Shown one piece after another: positions 17,948 through 26,146 of a stretch of 32,189 bases of DNA. The first letter of the stretch is position 1. Each line of letters starts with the position of its first letter. Origin of the DNA: a virus (Duplodnaviria; Caudoviricetes); IMG/VR virus record IMGVR_UViG_3300033076_000047, positions 1 through 32,189 of that record. One strand, 5' to 3'. The notes beneath the pieces are model-generated. The model had not been told where the DNA came from, ran no database searches, and saw nothing but the letters and a program-made list of their open reading frames with translations. The position numbers and the translations under genes were made by a program.

Positions 17948-20071
17948 TCATTGACCCATCAAGGGATTTTGGCCATCGTCAATATCTTGAGCCGCGATTT
18001 GTGCATAAGCCATCTGCTCTGCGTTGCGTTTCTCAATCTCTTGAACCAAACGGTTTGTGTCCATGTGATGCAACAGAAGCTGAACAATCGCATCAATCTC
18101 GGTCTTGTTCTGACTTGTGATTGCGCGGGTGTTCTGGTCATTAACCTTGACCTCTGCCATTGTTTCCGTGTTGTGGGCGCGTGAAGTCACATCCATCAGC
18201 TTGCGCTTTGTTTCGCCATCTTGCTTCATCGCTTCAACGTCTTGACGGCTCTTCAAGACCAATTGCATTTGTTGCATTTGCTGTTCAGCTTGCTTCAACT
18301 GTTCTTGGAGTTGCTTAATCGCCATTTGAGCTTGTGGTGGCACATCAGATTTCTCGTCAATCTGAGCCAATGGGTTAAGCGTAGCCAAGCGGTCTGCAAT
18401 GATATCAGCGCCAGGGAAATCTTGATTTCTGAACCACAAGTCACCAATCTGAGCCATCAAGTTGGGGTCAGCCGCCAAGATTGGTGTCATAGCCTCAACT
18501 GCTGCCTCACGCTTGCTGTTGTAGCCTGGGCCTGTGTCCATCACCACGTCATATAAACCGACCATCAGGTTGTTGTTCACCACCTGATTAGCCGCATCAC
18601 GCTCGTTAACTGTGACCAATTCAGGCTTACCGTCATCACCAATGATTCGCAGCACTCGTTGTGTGTCGTAAATCTTGGGGATAAGGTCAAGAATCAATCG
18701 AGCCACTTGGCATTGAGACTTTGTAAGGTTGTCGTAAAAGTCAAAGTTTGACAGGTCAACCTGTTGTTGCTGACCATTCAACGCCTTGCCAGAGATATTG
18801 CCTTGACCAGCTTGTGCGGGGTCAAAGATGCCCATCAGGGTCTTAATATCGTCATCAATTGAGGCAGTCGCAGCCAAAATGCCTGTGGGTGGTGGCTCTG
18901 GTTGCAAACGCTGTGGTGCTGGCGCAGGGCGACCTTCAATGTCGGTTTGCTTATAGCGCAGCAGTGGGAACGACTTAATGTTGGCTGTTGCCCATTCGTT
19001 TTCGTGTCCCTCGTCTTGGCCTTCTGCCATAACCCATTTAGCCTTTGGAGCCAATGCCACAGATTCTGTGGTGGATGTTTGCCAAAAGTTATACATACGC
19101 TGTGCGTCTTTGGCATAGCGAACCATGCCGAATTTCTTGCGCTTGTCACCAATAACCACATGGCGACCATAGACGGGAATGATTGGCAAATATTTACCAG
19201 CCCATTCGCCTTCTTCCAGCACTTCCGTAGCTGTCAGCTTGCACCATTTGATTGACTTGCGAACGCTTGGGCGCTCATCAATTGGGTACACGCCGCCTTG
19301 AATGAACATTTCCTGTTGTTTCTTAAAGTCATCTTCAAAGATAGATGAACCATCGCTCAACAAGATCAGTTTTGAGGCTTTACGGACTGTGTAGAAATAC
19401 TCAGCAACGCGAATGTCCTCTTTGGTAATCCATTCGGATTGGCTGTCGCCTGTGCCGCGCTGTGTGAACGAATCCACATCTGCGCTTGGGTACATCTTTT
19501 TAAACGCCTTCTTGCTCATCATTGTGGTGATAAGGCAAGTCTCACCGTCTGAGCCATCAGGCAGAACAGAATTGGGGTCAAAGTAGACTGTGAAAGGGTT
19601 ATCTACTGGGTCAATGTAGATTTCTTGCTCAAACGAATCGTCTGAAACGTAGTCGGTGCGAACACGGATAAAGCCCCAACCCATGCGAACAGAATAGTCT
19701 GCGGCTGTGTCGTAAGCGTTGTCAGCGTTTGAATTGGCTTCAATGTGACGGATGATGCCTTGAATTACTTGGGCAACTTTCGCGTCACTTTGGCTGTTCA
19801 TGCCATGAACTTTGGGGCGTGGGCGCTGTTGACGGATTTGGTTAATCACTTGGCGGCAATAGCCATCAAGTTTGTTGATTGTCAAAACAGGGCGTGATTC
19901 CAGATTGCGTGAGTTCTGAAGCTCAATAGGCCATTGTTCGCCATTTACAAACTTCAAATCTTCCAACGCTTCTTGGCGGTTCATGGTATCGGCATCATTC
20001 GCCCATTCCAAGAACTTGATTGCTTCGCCAATGCGTGAATCAACGTCTGTTGTGTCTTCTTTGTGCGCCAT
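17948..20071 (-). CDS. Portal protein, P22-like
   Basis: 707 aa; EDLKF..GEQW, RP.LTINKL, G.YLPIIPVYG, KDAQRMYN, G.YDV..DTGP.Y.SKR; Gln-rich C-terminal coiled coil. Confidence 0.92.
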   Translation of the reverse strand: MAHKEDTTDVDSRIGEAIKFLEWANDADTMNRQEALEDLKFVNGEQWPIELQNSRNLESRPVLTINKLDGYCRQVINQIRQQRPRPKVHGMNSQSDAKVAQVIQGIIRHIEANSNADNAYDTAADYSVRMGWGFIRVRTDYVSDDSFEQEIYIDPVDNPFTVYFDPNSVLPDGSDGETCLITTMMSKKAFKKMYPSADVDSFTQRGTGDSQSEWITKEDIRVAEYFYTVRKASKLILLSDGSSIFEDDFKKQQEMFIQGGVYPIDERPSVRKSIKWCKLTATEVLEEGEWAGKYLPIIPVYGRHVVIGDKRKKFGMVRYAKDAQRMYNFWQTSTTESVALAPKAKWVMAEGQDEGHENEWATANIKSFPLLRYKQTDIEGRPAPAPQRLQPEPPPTGILAATASIDDDIKTLMGIFDPAQAGQGNISGKALNGQQQQVDLSNFDFYDNLTKSQCQVARLILDLIPKIYDTQRVLRIIGDDGKPELVTVNERDAANQVVNNNLMVGLYDVVMDTGPGYNSKREAAVEAMTPILAADPNLMAQIGDLWFRNQDFPGADIIADRLATLNPLAQIDEKSDVPPQAQMAIKQLQEQLKQAEQQMQQMQLVLKSRQDVEAMKQDGETKRKLMDVTSRAHNTETMAEVKVNDQNTRAITSQNKTEIDAIVQLLLHHMDTNRLVQEIEKRNAEQMAYAQIAAQDIDDGQNPLMGQ

Positions 20072-20074
20072 TTA

Positions 20075-21361
20075 TCAGCCCATCCATGAATTTGCACCAG
20101 CATAAATCTGCTGTTGTGGTTTTTGCCGTTGCCGACCTCTAGGTTCATTCACCATCAGACCAATGTAACGGAAAGCATCTGCGCCATGTGAATAATGGTC
20201 GTGCAAAGGATTTCTGCCAAATTGCCCTGTTTCAGCGTCTACCTCATATCGGTAATTTCTTAGGCATTGTAGCCCTTCGTGGCAGTTTTCTCTATCAAAA
20301 TAACACGCTCTGAAGATTGTTCGGGCCGCATTGATTGAATCAGCCACAGGCACTCTCTCAAGGATTTTGGTTTTATATCCTGCGTTTCTAACGATTTCCT
20401 CAATGCTTCTTCCATTGCTTGCAAGCGTTTTGTGCTGCGCGTCATGCGGGAGCCAGAGTGTGTCATACAGATACCCAAATGTTTGCATCTTGCCCAAAAT
20501 CTCGCTCATGGTTGTCTGATTGACTTCCCAATAACGGATTAAACGGGTTTCCATGCCAATGAACTGCACAAACCAAATGGCGGTCATGTCCGACCAGCCC
20601 AAGTCAAAAACCGCATGAACAGGCTTGATTGGGTCGTAAGGCACACGGGTAATGCGCCCATCCAGTTCAGCCATTTGCATTTCTTTGGCAAAGATAGCTC
20701 CATCAACGGTTTGGCGGCACATACCTTCCCAAACCACGTTATAGGCTTGAATATCTCTAGCTTTGAGCGCGTCTTTTTCTTCCCGCAGGGTATCAGGAAA
20801 CCAAGGGTTATCAGACCAGTTGATCTTGACCACCACAGCGTTTTCAGGCTGGTGGACCACAAACCGTTGGTAAGTTTCGTCTGTCTCCAGCTCAGGGTTG
20901 AACGTAATCCAAATCTCTGAGCCTTCCTTACGGATGGTAGGAATTAGCACGTTCCAGCTAATTCGGCTGGTCGTTTGGGCTTCTTCCACCCAACAAATAT
21001 CCACGCCTTCGTAAGACTTGACGTTGGCTACGTTGTTTTTTAAGCCAACAAAGCTGAACTCTGAGCCGTTTTTGCCACGGATGTTGGTTTGGGTAATTTC
21101 ATAGAACCCCATCAAGCCCAAAGCCTCGATTTGGTCGCACAAGAGCTTATGGACTGAATCGCGAATTGAAGTCTGAAACTCACGGGCGCAAAGAATACGC
21201 AATGGCTCTTTGGCTGCTTTAATCAGCAACGCCCTTGCAACGCCCCATGACTTAGCGCCACCACGACCACCGTAAAGGACTTTGTAGCGTGACTTCTCAA
21301 ACAAGCATTGGAGCTTGATTGGAAACTGTGCATTGGCAATTGCGCCTTGAATGTCACTCAT
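20075..21361 (-). CDS. terL: Terminase large subunit (PBSX/Sf6-like)
   Basis: Walker A YGGRGGAKS, CAREFQ.SI.DSV, Walker B WVEEA, FNP coupling motif, nuclease DLGWSD and H.ADAFRY. Confidence 0.95.
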   Translation of the reverse strand: MSDIQGAIANAQFPIKLQCLFEKSRYKVLYGGRGGAKSWGVARALLIKAAKEPLRILCAREFQTSIRDSVHKLLCDQIEALGLMGFYEITQTNIRGKNGSEFSFVGLKNNVANVKSYEGVDICWVEEAQTTSRISWNVLIPTIRKEGSEIWITFNPELETDETYQRFVVHQPENAVVVKINWSDNPWFPDTLREEKDALKARDIQAYNVVWEGMCRQTVDGAIFAKEMQMAELDGRITRVPYDPIKPVHAVFDLGWSDMTAIWFVQFIGMETRLIRYWEVNQTTMSEILGKMQTFGYLYDTLWLPHDAQHKTLASNGRSIEEIVRNAGYKTKILERVPVADSINAARTIFRACYFDRENCHEGLQCLRNYRYEVDAETGQFGRNPLHDHYSHGADAFRYIGLMVNEPRGRQRQKPQQQIYAGANSWMG

Positions 21362-21776
21362 TCTCTGGCTTGACGAAAGTTACGTTAATCCCTTGGAGCA
21401 ATGGCGCACCATCAGCCCCCGTAATCTCAGTCTTTGTGCTTTCACGATACTTCTTTGGGAATCGTGCAGCCATTGAGCGTGACCACAATCCTGTGTTCAG
21501 CTTGGCGCTTTCCTTCTCCTCAACCATGTAGCACTGCCCTTGATCTTCCCACCAAGCCTGCTCTAAAACCTTTGCATCTTCCAAGGCGTGCATAAATTCT
21601 TCGTGCTTATCTCTCCACAGGAATAAGACCCGTAAGGAAACGTTAAGGATTGCCGAGATTTGCTCAATAGATTTACCTTTACCGCCAAGCTCAATTACTT
21701 GCTCACAATAAGCAGGGTCATAAAGTGATGGGCGACCTACTGGGCGCTTTTCTTGGGGTTCGGTTGTTTCTGTCAT
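21354..21776 (-). CDS. terS: Terminase small subunit
   Basis: GRPSLY.P.YCE HTH, W...H.EF..A, EITGADGAPL tail; overlaps the terL start. Confidence 0.88.
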   Translation of the reverse strand: MTETTEPQEKRPVGRPSLYDPAYCEQVIELGGKGKSIEQISAILNVSLRVLFLWRDKHEEFMHALEDAKVLEQAWWEDQGQCYMVEEKESAKLNTGLWSRSMAARFPKKYRESTKTEITGADGAPLLQGINVTFVKPENE

Positions 21777-22672
21777 TTGATTGGTTGGTTGTTTCGTTCA
21801 AGAATGGTTAGATGGTTGGGGTCAAAAACAACAAAGTTTCTGGTTCCTTTTTGTTTGTCCCTGCTTAATTGGTCAAGATATTTAATTCCACGAATTCCAG
21901 CTTTTTCAAGCACTTGCTTGCCTTCTTCGCCTTTTCCAACTTTTTCCAATAAATCGCCACCAAGGTCATTCATGTCCATGCCCAAAGATTTCGCTAACTT
22001 ACGCACATGAGCTGGTTGATTCTTTAATGGCTCATCCCAATCCAACATTCTTCTTATGTGAGTATCGGGTAAATCAACTTTATATAAATTTCCAATGTTT
22101 TTTTGATAAGAACCAGATTCAATTGATTGAATTGCTTTTTGAATTAAATCTCTTGATTCTCCGCTGAATGTCGTTTCACCAACTTCAGGCATTACATAAT
22201 TCAAATGACTTAATGCTTTTTCTTTATTTCCCATCATAGAAACAAGATCGGCAGCGTAAGCATCGGGAGTAGAAGTGGGCTTTACTCCACCAGATGAAAT
22301 GTAGGTTTTAGCAACTTCTGGATTTTGAGCCGTATATAGACCTTTTCCATATGCTTTGCTTCCTTCTCCAGTTCCTATTTTTGAAAGATCAAACTTTTCA
22401 AACAAATGAGGCGAACCATGCCAAACAGTCATCCCAACAGGGTTATAAGCCTCACTCATGGTTTGCATGAGCTGTTGACCAGCAGGACCAGTTAGCTTGC
22501 CTGTTTGCTCCAACTCAGCCAATGCTTGGTCGTTCAACTGGTTGAAGTCCCTTGCTCGGTCATTTGCATAGCCCAAAATTTGTTGGAGACTTGCGCCAGG
22601 GTTGCGGATAAAGTCACCGCCCTTGCGTTGGGCTGTGTTGATGGTGCTGTAAATGTCGGCTAGGGTAGGCAT
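21773..22672 (-). CDS. ADP-ribosyltransferase-like protein (resembles the ART domain of phage polyvalent proteins)
   Basis: WHGSPHLFEKFDLSKIGTGEG..AYG.GLY.A....VA..Y, GNLYKVDLPD, LDWD.PL..Q, GIRGIKY.D..SR...GTRNFVVFD. Confidence 0.65.
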   Translation of the reverse strand: MPTLADIYSTINTAQRKGGDFIRNPGASLQQILGYANDRARDFNQLNDQALAELEQTGKLTGPAGQQLMQTMSEAYNPVGMTVWHGSPHLFEKFDLSKIGTGEGSKAYGKGLYTAQNPEVAKTYISSGGVKPTSTPDAYAADLVSMMGNKEKALSHLNYVMPEVGETTFSGESRDLIQKAIQSIESGSYQKNIGNLYKVDLPDTHIRRMLDWDEPLKNQPAHVRKLAKSLGMDMNDLGGDLLEKVGKGEEGKQVLEKAGIRGIKYLDQLSRDKQKGTRNFVVFDPNHLTILERNNQPIK

Positions 22673-22700
22673 TAGAAATCCTCTGGTTGTTTACCAGATT

Positions 22701-22862
22701 TTATTTCCTTTTGGCTGTTTTTGCCGATTCTTTAAAGGCTTTGGCTGTTGGTGCGCCAGCTTCGCCAGGCTTACGCATACGCTCAACAGGCTTTCCTTCT
22801 GCCTTTTGGCGCTTAATGCGTTCTTGCTTGGCGTGGATGTTTGCGTATAAACCTTGTTTCAT
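22701..22862 (-). CDS. Small basic protein (53 aa)
   Basis: Own translation MKQGLYANIHAKQERIKRQKAEGKPVERMRKPGEAGAPTAKAFKESAKTAKRK; TAATG coupling; absent from the ORF track. Confidence 0.8.
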   Translation of the reverse strand: MKQGLYANIHAKQERIKRQKAEGKPVERMRKPGEAGAPTAKAFKESAKTAKRK

Positions 22863-23134
22863 TAGCAATTCCAGTTTTTCAATGATGCCTTGGCTCGTTC
22901 TGCTGGACCTTTGGCGTTCTTTACTACGCCTTCCATCCTTGCACAGAAACTGGCTTTTCGGCCTTCATCCGCCTTGGTTTTTGGGTTTGGAGCAGGCGGC
23001 TTTAGATTTGCGTTGTTCTTTTTGTTGTACTCGGCACGACCTTTGGCGGTCATTCCTGCGCCTTTTTCCGTTGGGTTGTAGGTTTTATCTTTGCCAGTGG
23101 TCTTGTGAGGAATTGGCTTGTCGTGTTTTTTCAT
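22862..23134 (-). CDS. Small basic protein (DUF6321-like)
   Basis: GMTAKGRA.YN...NLK.P...R.SFCARM.G...SLK.W.C. Confidence 0.75.
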   Translation of the reverse strand: MKKHDKPIPHKTTGKDKTYNPTEKGAGMTAKGRAEYNKKNNANLKPPAPNPKTKADEGRKASFCARMEGVVKNAKGPAERAKASLKNWNC

Positions 23135-23268
23135 TTTTTAGCCTTTTTAGCAGCTTCACGCTTCTCAGCGTATGCGATTGCCACGGCTTGCTTGACAGGT
23201 TTACCCGCCTTCACTTCCGTTTTGATGTTTTCTTTAAACGCCTTCTGGCTGGTGGACTTCTTCAGCAT
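23131..23268 (-). CDS. Small basic protein (45 aa) with KQAVAIA motif
   Basis: Own translation MLKKSTSQKAFKENIKTEVKAGKPVKQAVAIAYAEKREAAKKAKK; GGGGA RBS; ATGA coupling downstream. Confidence 0.8.
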   Translation of the reverse strand: MLKKSTSQKAFKENIKTEVKAGKPVKQAVAIAYAEKREAAKKAKK

Positions 23269-23452
23269 TGGATTCCCCAAAAAATGACATTACATCAACG
23301 ACTTCGTTCAATTCTCTAAAGCGTTGCTCAAAGGAATACACGATTCCGTGATACATCTTATAGAAATATTTGTTCCGTGTCTTGTAATACTCAAGCTGGC
23401 GTTTTGCCAAGCTGTAAGCCAATGCCAACGTGTAGACGTTTTCAATCTTCAT
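23234..23452 (-). CDS. Hypothetical protein
   Basis: ATG 23452 overlaps the groES stop (ATGA); Tyr-rich 72 aa. Confidence 0.55.
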   Translation of the reverse strand: MKIENVYTLALAYSLAKRQLEYYKTRNKYFYKMYHGIVYSFEQRFRELNEVVDVMSFFGESNAEEVHQPEGV

Positions 23453-23733
23453 AGTTCTTCCACAAAGCAAACATCCTGCCAGCTCATCTTTAGGTGGCGT
23501 TGACCGTCAATCTCAATCGGCTCCCATTTCAGGTATTCATCGGCAGCCGTTGCGCCAACAGTTCCAAAATGGATTTTGTCGCCAATTTTCAGCCCTTGAG
23601 CCAAAGATTCATCACTTGCGGCAACCACATAGCCAACCGTGTCAGCGCCTTGGACTTTACTTAGGTCCAATAGGTCTGACTTAAAACGTTGTTCGGGTTT
23701 GACAATAATCTTGTCATGCAGAGGCTTGAACAT
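23449..23733 (-). CDS. groES: Co-chaperonin GroES (Cpn10)-like protein
   Basis: MFKPLHDKIIVKP, G.VVA, LKIGDKI.F, IEIDG...L.M...DV..V; GGGGAG RBS before ATG 23733. Confidence 0.8.
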   Translation of the reverse strand: MFKPLHDKIIVKPEQRFKSDLLDLSKVQGADTVGYVVAASDESLAQGLKIGDKIHFGTVGATAADEYLKWEPIEIDGQRHLKMSWQDVCFVEEL

Positions 23734-23941
23734 CGTTCTCCCCTTTCTTTGGGCGACCACGGCGCTTTACTGGCTCAACCGTTACGGTCAAAGATTCCTC
23801 ACCAACTGTGAACTGTTGCTCTTTTGCAACATACTCACCGCACCATTGGTGTTCGGCTTTTCCAATCTGCTCTGGATAACGCAAGCAAACGCCTAGTGCG
23901 TTGCCTTGGAAAAACTTACAAGTCTTACAAAAATTAACCAT
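23714..23941 (-). CDS. Small Cys-rich protein with KRRGRPKK tail
   Basis: CxxC..F...G.C.RYP...WCGEY; AT-hook-like RGRP; start ATG 23941 overlaps the HNH stop. Confidence 0.7.
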   Translation of the reverse strand: MVNFCKTCKFFQGNALGVCLRYPEQIGKAEHQWCGEYVAKEQQFTVGEESLTVTVEPVKRRGRPKKGENDVQASA

Positions 23942-24437
23942 GATTTGCAAACTCTCCATGATTTTTTGATCTGAATTCTTTTACAACTTTTTCAGCTTCT
24001 TGCAAGTCTGTAAACAATCCCAACCAATATGACTTTCCATTAACAGAACATCTAACAGAAAATTTTTGATATTGTTTGTTAAAATTTATGCCTTTTATGC
24101 CAGTTTTGTTTGATTTGTATATTTTTGTGTTATGAGAATTTTCAGAAAAAGTTGCTTTTCTTAAATTTTCAATTTTATTGTTTGATCTGTCACCATCAAT
24201 GTGATCTAAGCATTTAGGCAAATTGCCATGAAACATGGCGTAGATCAAACGATGAACTTGGTATTGTTTACCAAAAATTTTTGTTGTTTTGTAACCGTCA
24301 CCGTTTATACAACCAACTTCTTTGCCTATCAAGTCAGTTCGGTGTCTGGTTGTGTTTTTCCAAAATAGCTTTCCATCACGATAGTCAAACAGATCGTGTA
24401 GTAAGTCTTTTGTCAAGTTAAAATTATTATCAGCCAT
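23934..24437 (-). CDS. HNH homing endonuclease with AP2-like C-terminal domain
   Basis: VHRLIY..FHG...LDHIDGDRSNNKIENLR.AT..EN..N; NKTGIKGI...LGLF; visibly AT-rich. Confidence 0.9.
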   Translation of the reverse strand: MADNNFNLTKDLLHDLFDYRDGKLFWKNTTRHRTDLIGKEVGCINGDGYKTTKIFGKQYQVHRLIYAMFHGNLPKCLDHIDGDRSNNKIENLRKATFSENSHNTKIYKSNKTGIKGINFNKQYQKFSVRCSVNGKSYWLGLFTDLQEAEKVVKEFRSKNHGEFANHG

Positions 24438-24463
24438 GCAAAGACCCTTTCTTTGTTTGGTTA

Positions 24464-24527
24464 GAAACCCATTGGCGTTGTCTCCCGCCTTTGGGTTTCG
24501 CCTTTTATAATCGGCACATCAATTATA
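24464..24527. promoter_or_regulatory. Divergent -10 boxes and leader hairpin
   Basis: TATAAT on + (24506-24511) and on - (24527-24522); hairpin GAAACCCA-aa-GGCG-N8-CGCC-aa-TGGGTTTC (24499-24464). Confidence 0.55.
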
Positions 24528-24539
24528 GGAGCATTTTCC

Positions 24540-24707
24540 ATGATGACCAATTACACCGTTACGCAAAAGAAAAACAAGCCAACTCCCACTGGCTACTACG
24601 AATCCAAAGCGGAACACAAAGAAGAAATGCGCCGCATTGCCAACGTGGAAAAAGAGCTGAAAAAGCATGAGGCAAAGCCCATGTCTAAGGCTCACAAGAA
24701 GGGTTAA
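24540..24707 (+). CDS. Small basic protein (55 aa), counter-oriented
   Basis: Own translation MMTNYTVTQKKNKPTPTGYYESKAEHKEEMRRIANVEKELKKHEAKPMSKAHKKG; AGGAG RBS at 24527-24531; fills the only gap in minus-strand coding here. Confidence 0.7.
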   Translation: MMTNYTVTQKKNKPTPTGYYESKAEHKEEMRRIANVEKELKKHEAKPMSKAHKKG

Positions 24708-25017
24708 GCTCTTTGGGCCACTTCCCGTTGGCCTTTAATTTAGCAACGGTCTTTTGATAGGCCATTTGCCACAACATACGGCGCTGTTCTTTATTGAGCC
24801 TAGCGCCTTGGTCTAGTTCCGTGTGGCATTTTTGACACAAAGCGGCTGTGAATTCGTCACTAGCCTTGATTCCTCTTGCCTTGCCCCCTAAGTCTGACCA
24901 GTTGCTATGTGCCGCCTGAGTTTGCCCTTCAATATAGCAATTTTGACAAGGCAATTCAGCAACATTCATCAGATGTTTTCGACTTCTAAAGTATTGTTGT
25001 TTTGGTCTTGCAATCAT
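24685..25017 (-). CDS. Zn-binding His-Me finger protein (DUF968/YbcO-like, nin-region nuclease)
   Basis: RS.KHL..VA.LPC..C, QAAHSN, G.KASD.F...LC..CH...DQG; ATGA-coupled. Confidence 0.7.
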   Translation of the reverse strand: MIARPKQQYFRSRKHLMNVAELPCQNCYIEGQTQAAHSNWSDLGGKARGIKASDEFTAALCQKCHTELDQGARLNKEQRRMLWQMAYQKTVAKLKANGKWPKELNPSCEP

Positions 25018-25634
25018 TTTGATACAGCCATTTCTTGTGACCATCCACGCTTTAGTCTTTGCTGAACTTTGTCTTGGTTCAATCCATTTGCTTCACAGTA
25101 TTCTGACATTGTCATTGGTCTTTCGCCAACAGTAATGATTACATTATTGCTTCTGTTGTTTTGCTGTTCTTTTTGTGTTGCCCATCGACAATTTTCTTTG
25201 TAATAGCCTTTTGTCACATCAATCCTATCAATTGACATTCCTTTTGGACACTCGCCCATGTCTTCAAGAAACTTCTCAAATGAGCCAATCCATTCATCAC
25301 AAACTGTGATTCCAATCGCTCCATATCTGTGATATTTCTTGTTGTTTGGGTTGTAGCATCTTTGTTTCATGCCGCCCCAACTCCTGTAAGTGTTTGTTTC
25401 TGTCATTCCATGTATGCGTTTAGCCCTTCCTTTTTCGGCTGAAACATCAAGAAATAAGCACCCGCAACTTTTTGTCTGTCCAGTTCTCAAACACGAACTA
25501 GAAACATCTTTTGTGTTTCCACATTCACAAAGGCATTTCCAGAATACAGCTCCACTTGAACCTCGTCTGTTTGTTTTTTCAACAACAGTTAAACGACCAA
25601 ACTTTTCACCAAGCAAATTAACAAGCTGCCCCAT
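25014..25634 (-). CDS. HNH-like endonuclease with N-terminal FGRL/CxC zinc module
   Basis: G.KFGRLTV, W.C.CECG, SCGC, W.GMKQRC.NP, YG..GI.VC.EW, SIDRID...GY..ENCRWAT..EQ.NN. Confidence 0.8.
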   Translation of the reverse strand: MGQLVNLLGEKFGRLTVVEKTNRRGSSGAVFWKCLCECGNTKDVSSSCLRTGQTKSCGCLFLDVSAEKGRAKRIHGMTETNTYRSWGGMKQRCYNPNNKKYHRYGAIGITVCDEWIGSFEKFLEDMGECPKGMSIDRIDVTKGYYKENCRWATQKEQQNNRSNNVIITVGERPMTMSEYCEANGLNQDKVQQRLKRGWSQEMAVSK

Positions 25635-25637
25635 ATA

Positions 25638-25670
25638 AAACCTCTAAAGTCTTTAGATGTTTCTATTCTA
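25638..25670 (-). promoter_or_regulatory. -10 box plus RBS-occluding hairpin of the endonuclease gene
   Basis: TAGAAT (25670-25665), then AAAC-A-TCTAAA-GAC-TTTAGA-G-GTTT, whose 3' arm contains GAGG. Confidence 0.6.
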
Positions 25671-25672
25671 CA

Positions 25673-26146
25673 TCATGCTGTCACAGGCTCAATTTTCCGC
25701 ATTTTCCTTGCTTTGAACTCTTTTTCAATGTCTTGCAATGCCAGCTCCAAAGTTCTAACTGGGCATTGTTTTAACTGCTCATCGTGCAATAAAAGCACAG
25801 TTTCAACAGCCTGAAGCTCTAAGCCAGTAAAAACAAAGCTCTTTCCGCTAATCCCACGTTGAGCCATCGCAAAGATTGCGTCTTGAGCCTGTCCGATTTC
25901 CTCAAGCCAATCACGACCAAGCTGGCGTTTTGCCAAAGCCTCTGCACAATTGACCATCGTAATCAAGTTATCCACATGATGCGTGTCGCCTCTGCCTTCA
26001 CGGATTTCGTCAAAAGAAACGTGGTTTTTAATCATTAGCTTTGTTCCTGCGTCTGGAACGTCTGCGACTTTTTTGAATCCTGAGATAACCCAAGTCAAAG
26101 TGTCCATGCGAACGCCTTTTGGCTTGTATTTGCTTTTTTTACGCAT
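25673..26146 (-). CDS. Conserved-looking hypothetical protein
   Basis: MRKKSKYKPKGVR start at 26146 overlapping the HNH stop; 157 aa helical. Confidence 0.7.
   Translation of the reverse strand: MRKKSKYKPKGVRMDTLTWVISGFKKVADVPDAGTKLMIKNHVSFDEIREGRGDTHHVDNLITMVNCAEALAKRQLGRDWLEEIGQAQDAIFAMAQRGISGKSFVFTGLELQAVETVLLLHDEQLKQCPVRTLELALQDIEKEFKARKMRKIEPVTA

Noticed and set aside
22687-23319. 210-aa hydrophobic + strand ORF
   Set aside because: Reverse complement of three Lys-rich genes; AAA/AAG codons read as Phe/Leu on the opposite strand
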